64,000 bases of DNA from Promethearchaeota archaeon. Its GTDB lineage: Archaea; Asgardarchaeota; Lokiarchaeia; Sigyniarchaeales; SOKP01. Under the pieces are notes generated by a model. The model had not been told where the DNA came from. It searched no databases and saw only the letters and a program-made list of their open reading frames with translations. Below are positions 25,485 through 37,277 of this stretch, piece by piece; the stretch's first letter is position 1, and each line of letters begins with the position of its first letter. The position numbers were made by a program, and so were the translations under genes. The stretch spans positions 1 through 64,000 of the forward strand of contig JAUVNS010000013.1 of NCBI GenBank assembly GCA_030599585.1, given 5' to 3'.

Positions 25485-28400
25485 ATGAAACTTGTTAATA
25501 AACTCGAATTAATTTATATTCCAGCATCTTATTGGAATGAACCTTTAAGTGGGTTTGAATTAATTTCTAAAGGAAAACAACTTCCTAAAAATTCTAGTTT
25601 TTTTCTATTATGGAATCCAACAAATCCATCAGAAAAAGAGCTTACTGAGCGAATTAAGATCAGGTTCCCAACTATTCCCGCAAATAAGCTATTAACTTGT
25701 AAGATCAACTTTGCGATTCCGGTACATTCATTAAGAGCTGATAGTGATGTGACATCTACCACGAAATTTTTTGATGTATCGTCATTCACAGGAAAAATCA
25801 TGCCTATTGCACCTACTGTAAAATTACTATTTCAACTGGAAATAATTGGTAGTCAAGATCGAGGTGCGAAGCGTATTAGTAATTCTATTAAGACGTGGGC
25901 GTTTTTAACAAAATTAATATTTGAACTATTAAACAACGGAAAATTTATTCCTATTTTAGAACCAGCTACAAAGGAAAGATACACTGGCCAATGGCGCTTA
26001 TTACCAAAGTCTCAAATAGATAAAGATCGGTTTAAAACGATCTTAACTAATAGTTCTTGGCCTGCTTTTTGTCTTCCTATAAATTTCATTCGAGTAAATG
26101 GAGCAATTAAAACAGATGGTCTTTGGCACCCTTCCTATGTTTTTTCCATCTTTATGGATAATATAGGAGATTATTTGATACGTTCGACGCTTAATAAAAG
26201 TGATTTTCAAACGTTTAAAGAATTTTATAGTACAGAAATTAAAAAGGAAACAGATCCAGACTATAAATTGGGTTGGGATTACAAATTTCTTAAAGCTCTC
26301 ATCAGAAAGGATCCAAGTTTCAAAGTAGAAGAATTTTATGAAACTATTTTACCTACATTAATTACGAATTGGACTCAGTCTGCTCAAGGGCTTACGCTAA
26401 CGCAAGGTTTTACGTTCAATTTAGAATTGAAATACCCTCAAAACCCAGAAGATGATTGGCCATTATTGTTTTACCTTTCTTCACAAGATGGCACAAATTC
26501 TATCCCTTTAAATAAGGTCTGGGAAGTTAGTAATTCCAAAAAAGAAGAATTTCAAAAATTTTTTGAAACCGATGGACAATTTTTGGAAATAATTTTAAGA
26601 GCCTTGGGTGCGGCATCAAAGATATTCCCACCAATTAAAAGAGCTCTGTTAGAAAACATAAAAGGCGAGATTAAGCTTACTTCCGGAGAAGTAATGGATT
26701 TTTTAAGATATCCAAAAGATTTATTGATTCAAAGTGGATTCAATATTATTCTTCCTGCTGTATTCAATAGGGGAGGAAAACAACGGTTATCAGCAAAGCT
26801 AATTATTCGTTCAACAAAAGACGATAAAAAGGAAAAAAAAGGGATATACTCCGTTTTACCATCAATGTTTGATATTGATTCAATGTTAGAATCTAAATGG
26901 GAGGTCTCTCTTGAAGGAAAACTAATTTCTGATGAAAAATTTAACAGTTTGATTAACTCAAGCGACCCGCTAATCAATTTAAGTGGAAAATGGATATTAG
27001 TTGATCAGCAAGATATTGAAGATTTAAAGAGCATTAAAGATTCTGAAATCAAAAATTACATGGATGCTCTTAAACTTGGATTAACGGGAAAGACTCAACT
27101 ACATGAAAACGGTATTAAGTACGATGTAATTGTCGAAGGAGAATTAAGCGAGATTATTGAAAAATTACAATCCATAGAATCGTTTGAAGAAATTCCTTCT
27201 TCTTCATCGTTTACCGGAAAACTGCGCCATTATCAGCAGGAGGGGCTGACATGGATGGCAAATATGGCAAGATTCAACTTTGGATTATGTTTAGCTGACG
27301 ACATGGGGCTTGGAAAGACAATTGAAGTCATAGCTTTTTTAAGTTATCTTAAAGATCAATTTCCTAATAATCTGGGAAGTGTTTTAATTATATGTCCTAC
27401 TTCAATATTATTTAATTGGCAACGTGAGTTAATGAAATTTGCTCCGGATTTAGATGTTGTGCTTCACCATGGAGCTAAGCGAATTACAGAAGCGTCAGGT
27501 ATTCCTGAGTTTTTAAAACCGCATAGAATTTTTCTTACGTCTTATGGAACTATTAGAAATGATATTGACTTTTTAGAAACAATTGATTTTAGCGGAATCA
27601 TCGTTGACGAGAGTCAAAACATGAAAAATTACGCTTCAAAACAAACTAAAGCAATAAATAAGTTAAAAAGCCAATTTAGAATTTGTTTAAGCGGTACTCC
27701 AATAGAGAATCGTTTACTTGAGCTTTGGACGCTTTTCAATTTCTTAAATCCCGGTTTGTTAGGAAGTAGGGTGGAATTCCAAAAGAAGTATGTCTTACCA
27801 ATAGAACGATTTCAAAATCAAGAAATAATTAATAATTTAAAGCTAATTATTGCTCCCTTTATCATGCGCCGCGTCAAATCAGATAAATCTGTTATTAGTG
27901 ATTTACCTGAAAAAAATGAAATGAAAATCATTATCGAATTGACCGAGGAACAAGTTAAACTTTACCAAGAACTTGTAGAAAATACATTGAAAGAGATTGA
28001 AACTTTGTCAACAGATAAGAGAAAGAAGAAAGGGTTAATATTAACCTTATTAGTAAAATTGAAGCAGATTTGTAATCATCCTTCTCAATATCTTAAAATC
28101 GATATAGCATCGTTAGATCTGGATGCAAAATTGGAGGAAATTGTCTCCCAATCACAAAAATTAGAGAGATTATTAGACATGACTGATGAAGTCATTTCAA
28201 ACGGAGAGAAAATCTTGATTTTCACTCAGTTCACGCAAATGGGGAATATTTTACAAAAAATTCTTGAACACAAGTATAAATTCAAGATTCTTTATTTTCA
28301 TGGGGGCGTGCCAGAAAAGAAAAGAAAAGAAATTGTTGATGAATTTCAATCAGAAAATGTTGATAGCCCTCCAATATTAATTCTATCTCTAAAAGCGGGT

Positions 28401-28685
28401 GGAACGGGCTTAAACTTGACTCAAGGAACTACAGTTGTCCATTTCGATAGGTGGTGGAATCCCGCAGTTGAGGACCAAGCAACGGATAGGGCTTATCGAA
28501 TTGGTCAAAAATCTGTAGTAAATGTTTATAAATTCATTTCTAAAGGAACGATTGAAGAAAAAATCGACTTATTATTGGAAGAAAAACGATATCTAGCAGA
28601 TAAAATCGTTACATCCACAGGAGAATCGTGGATTTCAAATTTGGATGATGAAAAATTAAAAAAATTGTTATTATTAAGTAATTAA
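25485..28685 (+). CDS. SNF2-family (SWI2/SNF2) ATPase
   Basis: ADDMGLGKT, VDESQ, SGTPIEN, SLKAGGTGLNL, DRWWNPAVEDQATDRAYRIGQ. Confidence 0.95.
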   Translation: MKLVNKLELIYIPASYWNEPLSGFELISKGKQLPKNSSFFLLWNPTNPSEKELTERIKIRFPTIPANKLLTCKINFAIPVHSLRADSDVTSTTKFFDVSSFTGKIMPIAPTVKLLFQLEIIGSQDRGAKRISNSIKTWAFLTKLIFELLNNGKFIPILEPATKERYTGQWRLLPKSQIDKDRFKTILTNSSWPAFCLPINFIRVNGAIKTDGLWHPSYVFSIFMDNIGDYLIRSTLNKSDFQTFKEFYSTEIKKETDPDYKLGWDYKFLKALIRKDPSFKVEEFYETILPTLITNWTQSAQGLTLTQGFTFNLELKYPQNPEDDWPLLFYLSSQDGTNSIPLNKVWEVSNSKKEEFQKFFETDGQFLEIILRALGAASKIFPPIKRALLENIKGEIKLTSGEVMDFLRYPKDLLIQSGFNIILPAVFNRGGKQRLSAKLIIRSTKDDKKEKKGIYSVLPSMFDIDSMLESKWEVSLEGKLISDEKFNSLINSSDPLINLSGKWILVDQQDIEDLKSIKDSEIKNYMDALKLGLTGKTQLHENGIKYDVIVEGELSEIIEKLQSIESFEEIPSSSSFTGKLRHYQQEGLTWMANMARFNFGLCLADDMGLGKTIEVIAFLSYLKDQFPNNLGSVLIICPTSILFNWQRELMKFAPDLDVVLHHGAKRITEASGIPEFLKPHRIFLTSYGTIRNDIDFLETIDFSGIIVDESQNMKNYASKQTKAINKLKSQFRICLSGTPIENRLLELWTLFNFLNPGLLGSRVEFQKKYVLPIERFQNQEIINNLKLIIAPFIMRRVKSDKSVISDLPEKNEMKIIIELTEEQVKLYQELVENTLKEIETLSTDKRKKKGLILTLLVKLKQICNHPSQYLKIDIASLDLDAKLEEIVSQSQKLERLLDMTDEVISNGEKILIFTQFTQMGNILQKILEHKYKFKILYFHGGVPEKKRKEIVDEFQSENVDSPPILILSLKAGGTGLNLTQGTTVVHFDRWWNPAVEDQATDRAYRIGQKSVVNVYKFISKGTIEEKIDLLLEEKRYLADKIVTSTGESWISNLDDEKLKKLLLLSN

Positions 28686-28694
28686 AAACCCTAA

Positions 28695-29648
28695 GTGATA
28701 AAAATAGACAATCGTAAAAAAGAATTTATGGAAAATCGTCGTAATAAACGTAAAGGACCAATTCAACCCCAAAGAAAGAGTGAATACGAGAAAGAACGTA
28801 CTCGTGAAGAAGTTGAACAAATTAAAAAAAATCTCATAAATTTTGCCAAAACTTCATGGGGGAAACAATGGATTCAATCTAATTTACAAATAGGACGGCC
28901 ATTTAGAATGCAAAGGGGAATTCAATATGTGAAAGACGAAAGACGAATCGAGAATCTTTCAATTAGTGCAGGCCAAATTTTTGCAACCGTACAAGGTACC
29001 GCTCCAACCCCATATAGGGTGAAGATAAATTTTGAACCCATTCTCGAAGAAGGATGGAAAATCATACTTAAAGAACTCACAAAAAAAACCATCAATCTCA
29101 TAGAATTATTAGAAGGCTTATTACCAGAAGACATCATTACTATTTTTGACGAGAATGGATATTCGCTATTTCCAAACGCTTCGGAAGGCTTAAACGCAAC
29201 CTGTTCCTGTCCCGACACAGCAATTCCATGCAAGCACATTGCTGCTGTAATTTTATACATCGCCCGTGTTTTGGATTATAATCCATTTTTATTGTTAGAA
29301 TTACAAGGAAAATCAAAAAGCGAAATTCTCAACGAATTAAGTTTAGGGCAAGGAGCAAAAAGTAAAAAAGAAGCTGAAAAAATGCCTACTACAAGTAATG
29401 TTGAGTTTAAATTTAATGTTCCAAAAATTTCTATCGTAGAATTATCAAGTGAACAAAAGAAATCAAACCAGGATACGCATGATTATAATATTGGATTTAC
29501 GTTTAGAAAACCGGGAAAACTTATAGAAACTTTAGAAAATCTAGGCGTTCCTCAAACTATAGAAAATAAGGCTTTTGAGATCGTATTAAGATCAATTTAT
29601 CGTAAAATTACCGCAAAAATACATGACACATCTTTAGAACTAAGATAA
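28695..29648 (+). CDS. SWIM zinc-finger protein (SNF2 partner)
   Basis: CSCPD..PCKH SWIM motif; AxVQG..PY; 9 nt downstream of the SNF2 gene. Confidence 0.9.
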   Translation: MIKIDNRKKEFMENRRNKRKGPIQPQRKSEYEKERTREEVEQIKKNLINFAKTSWGKQWIQSNLQIGRPFRMQRGIQYVKDERRIENLSISAGQIFATVQGTAPTPYRVKINFEPILEEGWKIILKELTKKTINLIELLEGLLPEDIITIFDENGYSLFPNASEGLNATCSCPDTAIPCKHIAAVILYIARVLDYNPFLLLELQGKSKSEILNELSLGQGAKSKKEAEKMPTTSNVEFKFNVPKISIVELSSEQKKSNQDTHDYNIGFTFRKPGKLIETLENLGVPQTIENKAFEIVLRSIYRKITAKIHDTSLELR

Positions 29649-29703
29649 TGTAAAGAATCTGGTAATTAATAAGTTTTAAATTAATGTTCTAATTATAGCC
29701 TTT

Positions 29704-30504
29704 ATGTCTAGTTCAGAAGACTGGTATGAAGTATTAGAGCATAAAGATTATTTATATGTTATAAAAGAAAGGCTTGATGAGATTGATCCTCGCTTTTATA
29801 CTACTTTTGTAAATATATATTTATTACTCGGTGATGAAAAAGCTTTTTTGATTGATACGGGATGTGGTCTCTTTCCTTTAAAACCAATTGTTGATAAAAT
29901 AATCGGAACAAGACAGCTTTTAGTAGTTAATTCTCATTTTCACTTTGACCATAGAGGGGCAAATGATGAATTTCCGGAAATATATATACATGAAAGTGAG
30001 AAAAACGGGGTTTCTTTGCCGTTAGATATGTCTTATATAAAAGATTCCTCAAAGGAGTTAGTAAATGAATATAGCAAAAAGGATTTCATTTTTAAACCTT
30101 CACCAATCGCAAATTCATTAAAAGAAGGAGATGAGTTTGATTTAGGAGGTATAAAAGTTAAGGTTTTTCATACTCCCGGCCATTCTATGGGCTCAATATC
30201 TCTTTTAACTGATAGGGGTGATCTATTTACGGGAGATACTGCTCATTATGGAGCGATGTACTTACCAAAAAAGCGACACTTTTCAGTAATTTTAGATAGC
30301 ATTTCAAAATTACTGGGACTTTTTGATAAATCGAATGTACAAGAAATTTATCCTTCACATGAAGAATATCCTGTAGGAAAGGAATTATTAGAAAAACTTT
30401 ATGAAGGTATAACTAACATTGAAAATATTTGGGATACCAAAACTAAAGATAGGTTTTTGGGTGCTTGGATTTTAGAGGACGAGAATTTTAAATATATTGT
30501 GTAA
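29704..30504 (+). CDS. MBL-fold metallo-hydrolase
   Basis: SHFHFDH, TPGHS, TGD and PSH motifs. Confidence 0.85.
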   Translation: MSSSEDWYEVLEHKDYLYVIKERLDEIDPRFYTTFVNIYLLLGDEKAFLIDTGCGLFPLKPIVDKIIGTRQLLVVNSHFHFDHRGANDEFPEIYIHESEKNGVSLPLDMSYIKDSSKELVNEYSKKDFIFKPSPIANSLKEGDEFDLGGIKVKVFHTPGHSMGSISLLTDRGDLFTGDTAHYGAMYLPKKRHFSVILDSISKLLGLFDKSNVQEIYPSHEEYPVGKELLEKLYEGITNIENIWDTKTKDRFLGAWILEDENFKYIV

Positions 30505-30514
30505 GTCGTTGATA

Positions 30515-33142
30515 ATGGAAAAAGTAGAGAAGATTATTTTATCGGAAAACTGGACATTACTACACAAAGAAAAAGGCTTAAATATTCCTACAGAGGTTCC
30601 TGGGTCTGTTTTTGAAACATTAATAGATAATGAAATAATAGAGGATCCCTTTTATGGTTTAAATGAGCATAAGATGAGTTGGGTATACAATTCAGAGTGG
30701 GATTATGAAACCGAATTTGATTTAGAACCAAGTTTTTTAGAGCACAAAGTAATACTACTCCGATTTTACGGACTGGATACCGTATCAGAAGTTGTGTTAA
30801 ATGGGGAAAGTCTTGGATTTACAGATAACATGTTCATTAGATACGATTTTAATGTAAAAACTAAAATTAAAAGTAAAAAAAATAAGTTAGTTGTTAAATT
30901 TAAGAGTCCAACTTTAAGAGCCCGGACAGAGAAAGAAAAAGAAGGAACAAATTTAAACACGGGTTATAATGCGATTCCTGGTGTACCTTATCTCCGTAAG
31001 GCTCAGTATTCATTTGGCTGGGATTGGGGGCCTAAGCTACCCGACATAGGGATATGGCAACCAGTTGAACTAATTGGTTACGATAATCTTAAAATTGATT
31101 CTATTTACATAAGTCAGACTCTACATTATAATAAAAATGTTAACGATTTAACTGAATTTGAAGAATTAACTGATATTGGAGTTATGTCAGCAGATTTATC
31201 AATCAAAATAAATTTAGAATCTATTTTACCAACAAGTGAGCTTAACCGTTACAGTTTAAAAGTGGATTTGAAAGCTCCTGATGGTAAGATATTTACTTCT
31301 GAGTTAGATATCAACAGTGTATCCCCTAAAGTTGAATTTACTCTTGAATATCCTTATCTATGGTGGACTCATGATCTAGGAGCTCCTAATCTATACGATC
31401 TCTCAATTACAATTAGTAAAAATGGTACAATAGATTCCTTCCAACAGAAAGTAGGCATAAAAGAGATTCGATTAATACAAAATACTGATGAATGGGGAGA
31501 ATCTTTTTTTTTTATGTTAAACGGAGTTCCAATATTTGCTAAAGGGGCTAATTGGATTCCAATCGATAGTTTTATTCCCAGAGGGAAAAAAAGAGGCTTA
31601 TACCACTCAAATTTGGGTGATGCTAAAGAAGCCAATATGAATATGATTCGCGTTTGGGGTGGTGGAATCTATGAAGATGATTTGTTTTACGATTTATGCG
31701 ATGAGTTAGGTATTTTGGTGTGGCAAGACTTCCCCTTTGCGTGTGCTGTTTATCCCTATAATGAAGAATTTATTGAGAGTTTTAAAATAGAAGCTACTCA
31801 AAACATTCAAAGATTGAGGAATCATCCAAGTTTGGCTTTATGGTGTGGTAATAATGAAATTGAATGGTTATGGAAATGGGAATTACATAATTCTGAGATT
31901 ACTCAAAATGATAAACTAAATGAATTCAAATTGGGATATTTAACAGTTTTTGAGAATATATTACCTGAATTAATAAATACCTACGACCCTAATCATTCCT
32001 ATTGGCCTAGCTCTCCTTCTAACGGCTTTGTGGGGAGTAGCCTTGGAACTAAAAATTCAAATTCACCAGATACTGGCGATTCACACTTTTGGGACGTTTG
32101 GCATAGAAATAAACCGTTTAGAGCCTATCGAAAATTTTATTCGCGTTTTATGTCAGAATTCGGTTATGAATCCTTCCCTTCCATCAAAACAATTGAAGAC
32201 GTCTGCCCTACTGATCAATTTGATTTCTTCTCGCCTATAATGGAAAGCCACCAAAAAAATTCTGCGGGGAATAAGAAAATATTAAATTATATGAAAAAAC
32301 GATTTGAAATTCCTCCTGAGTTTGAAAATCAAGTTATTTTATCTCAAATAACGCAAGCAGAAGCGATTGAATATGGAGTTGAACATTGGCGCCGAAATCG
32401 AAACCAAAATCACTGTATGGGTACTCTTTACTGGCAATTAAATGATTGTTGGCCAGTAGCTAGTTGGTCATCATTGGATTATTACGGTCGTTGGAAAGCG
32501 TTACATTATTATGCGAAAAGATTTTACCATCCTATTTTTCCGAGCGTTAAAGAAGATAAGAAATCTGTAGAGTTTTGGGTGTCAAATGATCTTCAAATAG
32601 CTAAGAATTTACAGTTTGAATGGAAAATACTTAAGTCAGACGGAAGAGTCGTAAAAAATGGCTTGTATGAATTAAATATTCGTCCTTGTTCGTCAAAAAA
32701 ACTAGGTATTATCGATGTTTCAAATTTAAATCGAATTAACGATAATTTAACGGATTTTATAATCTTTTATACCTTGAAGTTTACCAGCCTTGAAGGTGAA
32801 CGGGAATTTCATGGATTTAGGTTGTTTTCAGCTCCAAAGAAATTTCCGTTAGAAAATCCTAATATATCGTGGGAACTCAACGAATACTTCTGCGAAGAAT
32901 CCGATGAAAACAAATATGAACTCAAACTATCGACAACTCATATTGCGTTGTACGTCCACATAGATTCTAATAAATTCGATTTTATAGCGTCGGATAATTT
33001 CTTCTCCTTAGCACCAGGTGAGACGAGAGTTATTACTATAAAAGACTTAGGTTTAATATACTCCTCGGAACCTGCTTATCGAGATGTTAAGAAAGAAGAC
33101 TTTTCAGTGAAATCATTGTACGATTTGTTGGAGAATTCATAA
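30515..33142 (+). CDS. GH2 beta-mannosidase
   Basis: [32 protein letters not shown] (acid/base), RFMSEFG (nucleophile), YWQLND. ATG 30515 preferred to TTG 30497. Confidence 0.9.
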   Translation: MEKVEKIILSENWTLLHKEKGLNIPTEVPGSVFETLIDNEIIEDPFYGLNEHKMSWVYNSEWDYETEFDLEPSFLEHKVILLRFYGLDTVSEVVLNGESLGFTDNMFIRYDFNVKTKIKSKKNKLVVKFKSPTLRARTEKEKEGTNLNTGYNAIPGVPYLRKAQYSFGWDWGPKLPDIGIWQPVELIGYDNLKIDSIYISQTLHYNKNVNDLTEFEELTDIGVMSADLSIKINLESILPTSELNRYSLKVDLKAPDGKIFTSELDINSVSPKVEFTLEYPYLWWTHDLGAPNLYDLSITISKNGTIDSFQQKVGIKEIRLIQNTDEWGESFFFMLNGVPIFAKGANWIPIDSFIPRGKKRGLYHSNLGDAKEANMNMIRVWGGGIYEDDLFYDLCDELGILVWQDFPFACAVYPYNEEFIESFKIEATQNIQRLRNHPSLALWCGNNEIEWLWKWELHNSEITQNDKLNEFKLGYLTVFENILPELINTYDPNHSYWPSSPSNGFVGSSLGTKNSNSPDTGDSHFWDVWHRNKPFRAYRKFYSRFMSEFGYESFPSIKTIEDVCPTDQFDFFSPIMESHQKNSAGNKKILNYMKKRFEIPPEFENQVILSQITQAEAIEYGVEHWRRNRNQNHCMGTLYWQLNDCWPVASWSSLDYYGRWKALHYYAKRFYHPIFPSVKEDKKSVEFWVSNDLQIAKNLQFEWKILKSDGRVVKNGLYELNIRPCSSKKLGIIDVSNLNRINDNLTDFIIFYTLKFTSLEGEREFHGFRLFSAPKKFPLENPNISWELNEYFCEESDENKYELKLSTTHIALYVHIDSNKFDFIASDNFFSLAPGETRVITIKDLGLIYSSEPAYRDVKKEDFSVKSLYDLLENS

Positions 33143-33203
33143 GCTTTTTACTTTCTAATTAAATATATTACTTAATTTAATTAGGCAATCAAGGATTGAG
33201 ATT

Positions 33204-34508
33204 TTGACAAAAAAGGAGAAAATAGTTATAATAGGGGCGGGCTCTTTACAATTTGGATTGGGTTCAGTTGGTAGTATAATGAATAGCGACGTTTTACAAG
33301 GTTCTACAATAAGTTTACACGATATTAATCAAACTAATTTAGATTTAGTAACCCAAGCTTGTCGAGCAGCTATTGAAAAAAAAAATTTCGACATAGAATT
33401 AGAAGCAACCACAGACAGGATAAAAGCGCTAAAAAATGCTACTTTTATAATTAATTCTATTGAAGTTGGGCCTAGATTTGAATGGTTTGATCTAGACTAC
33501 GAAACTCCTCGTAAATATGGTAATAAACAGGTAATGGGCGAAAATGGAGGACCTGGCGGTCTTTTTCACTCATTAAGAGTTATTCCCCCAATCCTTGAAA
33601 TATGTGATGATATTCAGAAAATCTGTCCAGATGCCTTCCTCATTAACTTTTCAAACCCTATGAGCAGAATTTGTTTAGCAATAAAAAGAAAGTATCCAAC
33701 TTTAAGATTTGTTGGACTCTGTCATGAGTTATTTGGGTTTCAAATGCACTATAGTAGAATACTTGAAACTCCTCTTAATAATCTCAAGATCATTGCTGGA
33801 GGATTAAACCATTTTGGAGTAGTATTATCTATAAAATATATTGACACCGGCAAAGATGCTTATCCAGATATTAGAAAAAAAGGTCCAGCTTATCTCAGCG
33901 AACTTAAAGGATTCGGGAATGATGTGGATTTAGTGAGATATATTCTTGAGAAGTTTGGATATATTGCTTACACCCCAGATTCTCATTATGGGGAATATAT
34001 AGGATGGGCATGGGAGAAGGCAAATTTAGAAGGTGTGAGATTATTTTATAACGGATATAAATTATATACAATTAAAGCAGGGGATCGATTGGTAAAGCGA
34101 ATAAAAAGAGGTAGTGGAGCAAATTTAGTAAAACCCGATAGCGAAAGAGCAATTCCTATTATTGAAGGGATTTTAACTGATTCGGGTCATGAAGAAATAT
34201 CTGTTAATTTGCCAAACGACGGAGTAATTACTAATTTACCTCAAGATTTGGTAGTAGAATGTCCGGCTATTGTTAATAAACATGGTATGGAGGCAATAAA
34301 ACTCGGAGAATATCCAAAAGGGTTAGCGGGGTTATTGAGAAATCAAGCCTCAGTTCAAGATTTAGTGGTAGAAGCCATTCTTAAAAAGTCAAAGGAAATC
34401 GCATTTCAAGCCTTACTTTTGGACCCAACCATAGAAAACACGTCAAAAGCCGAGGAGATGTTTGAAGAAATGATAAAGATAAATCAGGATTATATTGATT
34501 TACAATGA
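33204..34508 (+). CDS. GH4 NAD+/Mn2+-dependent alpha-galactosidase/alpha-glucosidase
   Basis: IIGAGS, GPGG, NFSNP, GLCH and GLNH motifs. Confidence 0.9.
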   Translation: MTKKEKIVIIGAGSLQFGLGSVGSIMNSDVLQGSTISLHDINQTNLDLVTQACRAAIEKKNFDIELEATTDRIKALKNATFIINSIEVGPRFEWFDLDYETPRKYGNKQVMGENGGPGGLFHSLRVIPPILEICDDIQKICPDAFLINFSNPMSRICLAIKRKYPTLRFVGLCHELFGFQMHYSRILETPLNNLKIIAGGLNHFGVVLSIKYIDTGKDAYPDIRKKGPAYLSELKGFGNDVDLVRYILEKFGYIAYTPDSHYGEYIGWAWEKANLEGVRLFYNGYKLYTIKAGDRLVKRIKRGSGANLVKPDSERAIPIIEGILTDSGHEEISVNLPNDGVITNLPQDLVVECPAIVNKHGMEAIKLGEYPKGLAGLLRNQASVQDLVVEAILKKSKEIAFQALLLDPTIENTSKAEEMFEEMIKINQDYIDLQ

Positions 34509-34525
34509 GTTATAAAAATATTATT

Positions 34526-36496
34526 CTACTTTTTTTTGATCAATTGCTCTTTTTCAAGATGATTTACTAAGATTTGTATCTTCTTAGGTTGAATTATTGT
34601 CTCGTATTCCAGCGACAGGAAAGCTGATATCATTAAAGTATTGTATCCTTTCCCGAGTAAATTAAATAACTCGTTAATAGGACCTAAAAATTCATATTTT
34701 AATTCTGCTATAAATTTTTCGAATTCTTGATATTTTACCAGTTTAAAAAGATTTCTAGCATATAATGGTCCTTGATAGGTGAGCTCGTAGATATTATTGA
34801 ATATCTGCTCTTCTTTTTTGAACTCGTCCTCATTGAAATCAAATTTTTCATTCCATCTTCTATTCTGAGAATCTTCTAGTTCTCCTATTTCTTTCTTCGC
34901 CATTTCAATTAGTTGGAGAGTTTCTGAAGAATTTTCAATTGATTTTATTCTTTCTAATAACTCAATTTCATATAGAAAAGAAGCCTTTATTAGAGCTTTA
35001 CCTAATAAGAATAAATCTATTCGAAATTCTGTTTTCTCTGTATTTTCTGAAGAATTAGTAGCTATTGATAATTCTTCTAGAAGTCTAACTAGTGTTCCGA
35101 TTCTTTTAAATAATCCTTGACGAATTACAGGCCAAAAGTTTTTTATGAGAGCTTTATCAAATATAGAAAAAACATAGGAAATACTTAGGGCGATCGCGAT
35201 TACTCTCTTTAATTCAGTGGAATCACAATACTCTACAGTATCGACGTTGGAATGCCAATTAGGATCATTGTGACCTAGCATTAGGGAGGGGATTCCAAAA
35301 TAGGAATCTATAAAAAGAAAATGATCACTACCACCGTCATAACTTCTCAAACGATAAGACATTGGATTTTTAGTTCCATTGATGGCAATTCCTTTAGGGT
35401 GGTCAGCGATTTTTTTCACAAAAGTGGTTGTGATATCGTTCAAAATTGAAGGTGTGGACCGAGGAGTAAAGTTCACCTCAAAGGGCTGTCCTATCTTTAA
35501 GGGATGTTCTCCAATCATATCTAAATTTATACAAGCTAATACATTTTTCATCTTATCTTCGTGAAACTTCATCCATGGAACAGTGCCGTTGAATTCTGGA
35601 ACCCACACAAATCTTAATGTCCGCTTGGGATTATCAATTATTTTGTTTTTAATCAAATATTTGAATGCTCTCGCTAACTCAAGTAAACCCGCAGCACCAC
35701 TAGCATTATCATTTGCACTCGGGAGAGGGTGGCACAAGTGAGCAATAATAATTATTTCTTGCTCTGGAAATTCCATTCCTTGAATAGAACTAGATAACAC
35801 TTCAAAGTTACCATTTAAAAATTCTGCTTTAATACGGGCGTGTACCTTAACAGGTCCTTTTTTCAACAATTCCTTTAGATGCATTGCTTGATTATACGAT
35901 ATGCTGAAACCAAATTTTGCATTATCCATTCTTTCCTTTGTGGTAAAGAAGCCATTATATATGCGACGATCGAGATTGTTCCTCGTTCTTCTCAAGTCAG
36001 GATAATATATCACACCTATAGCCTTGCTTTCTTCAATATAAGGACGATTCAAATAGATCGGTCCTGACATCAAAATAATTTTTCCTTCAATGTCATTTTT
36101 CTCATAATCTTCCTTATTATCACCTGTACCGATATCAACAATTTCTACAGTAATATCACATGGTTTTGAATGGGTTATGATAGAAACGGGGATGTCATTG
36201 AAATCACATAGTTTAATTTTTTCGGGTTCTTCAATCCATAATTCACCAGTTTCGATCTCCCATTGATATGACGCGGGATATCCCCAGACGGTTGTTTCCC
36301 CATCAGCGGGAGATTTAAAATGCTCTATATCGTCAAATCCTAAAGAAACTAGTTCTTTTTTTACTGTTTCAAGACTATCGTGATATCCATTAGATGCTTG
36401 AATCCGATTATATTGGGAAATCTTAGCAACCCAATCCCACGCTCTTTGACCATTTATTACATTAAGAATGTCAATGAGGAACTTTTCAATGTCCAT
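34526..36496 (-). CDS. M28-family peptidase (DUF4910-like)
   Basis: AHLCH, ANDNASG, WVPE, NLDMIG, GSDH. Confidence 0.85.
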   Translation of the reverse strand: MDIEKFLIDILNVINGQRAWDWVAKISQYNRIQASNGYHDSLETVKKELVSLGFDDIEHFKSPADGETTVWGYPASYQWEIETGELWIEEPEKIKLCDFNDIPVSIITHSKPCDITVEIVDIGTGDNKEDYEKNDIEGKIILMSGPIYLNRPYIEESKAIGVIYYPDLRRTRNNLDRRIYNGFFTTKERMDNAKFGFSISYNQAMHLKELLKKGPVKVHARIKAEFLNGNFEVLSSSIQGMEFPEQEIIIIAHLCHPLPSANDNASGAAGLLELARAFKYLIKNKIIDNPKRTLRFVWVPEFNGTVPWMKFHEDKMKNVLACINLDMIGEHPLKIGQPFEVNFTPRSTPSILNDITTTFVKKIADHPKGIAINGTKNPMSYRLRSYDGGSDHFLFIDSYFGIPSLMLGHNDPNWHSNVDTVEYCDSTELKRVIAIALSISYVFSIFDKALIKNFWPVIRQGLFKRIGTLVRLLEELSIATNSSENTEKTEFRIDLFLLGKALIKASFLYEIELLERIKSIENSSETLQLIEMAKKEIGELEDSQNRRWNEKFDFNEDEFKKEEQIFNNIYELTYQGPLYARNLFKLVKYQEFEKFIAELKYEFLGPINELFNLLGKGYNTLMISAFLSLEYETIIQPKKIQILVNHLEKEQLIKKK

Positions 36497-36599
36497 ACTA
36501 TATAATTCACTTATTTATGAATTTAAAATACATTTAATATCAATAATGACTTTTTTCAAATAAATTTAATATAAAATTAAAATAAAGTAGAACTAAATT

Positions 36600-37268
36600 A
36601 TGAAATATTTCTTAGATAGTGCCAAAATAGACGAAATTAAATATGCTTTAGAAAATTGGGGAATTGATGGCGTAACATCCAATCCGAAACATATCAAAAG
36701 TTCGGGCAAATCTTTCTATAGCGTAATAAAAGAATTTGCTGAAGAGTTCAAAGACATTAATTTTCCAATTTCCGTTGAGATTAACCCGCACATAGTTAAT
36801 TCAAAAGAAATGGTAGCTTCAGCGAAAGATATTGCTAAATTATCATCTAATTTTGTCATTAAAATCCCTTGTACAGAGCAAGGATTAATTGCTACTAAAA
36901 AATTAGTGGAAGCAAAGATAAAAGTAAATGTTACCTTAGTTTTCACAACTTCGCAAGCGTTACAGGTAGGGAGAATTGGAGCAGCTTATTGCTCTCCTTT
37001 CATTGGGTGGCAAGAAAACTCTGGCGTCGATTGCGAGCTTTTAATCTCGGATATAATGCTACTCTATAATAATTATGATTTCGCCACAGAAGTTATAGTA
37101 GCTGCTGTACGAAACGCCAAGCAAATAGTTGAAGCAGGTCGTTTTGGAGCAAATATTGTTACTGCGGGATTCCAAGTTTATAAAGATAGTTTTGAGCATC
37201 CCTTTACTGATAAAGGCTTAAAAATTTTTCAAGATGCATGGGATGATACGGAACTCGGAACATTATAA
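36600..37268 (+). CDS. sqvA: 6-deoxy-6-sulfofructose transaldolase-like protein (SqvA/SftT)
   Basis: Transaldolase fold (FLDSA, NP, Schiff-base VIKIP, NVTLVF). Subfamily-specific stretches MKYFLDSA..EI.YA.ENW.IDGVT.NP.HI, FPISVEINPH, SPF.GW.ENSG and SF.H.FTD.GL..F..AWD match my recollection of Bacillus SF-transaldolase. Confidence 0.8.
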   Translation: MKYFLDSAKIDEIKYALENWGIDGVTSNPKHIKSSGKSFYSVIKEFAEEFKDINFPISVEINPHIVNSKEMVASAKDIAKLSSNFVIKIPCTEQGLIATKKLVEAKIKVNVTLVFTTSQALQVGRIGAAYCSPFIGWQENSGVDCELLISDIMLLYNNYDFATEVIVAAVRNAKQIVEAGRFGANIVTAGFQVYKDSFEHPFTDKGLKIFQDAWDDTELGTL

Positions 37269-37277
37269 AACTAATCA

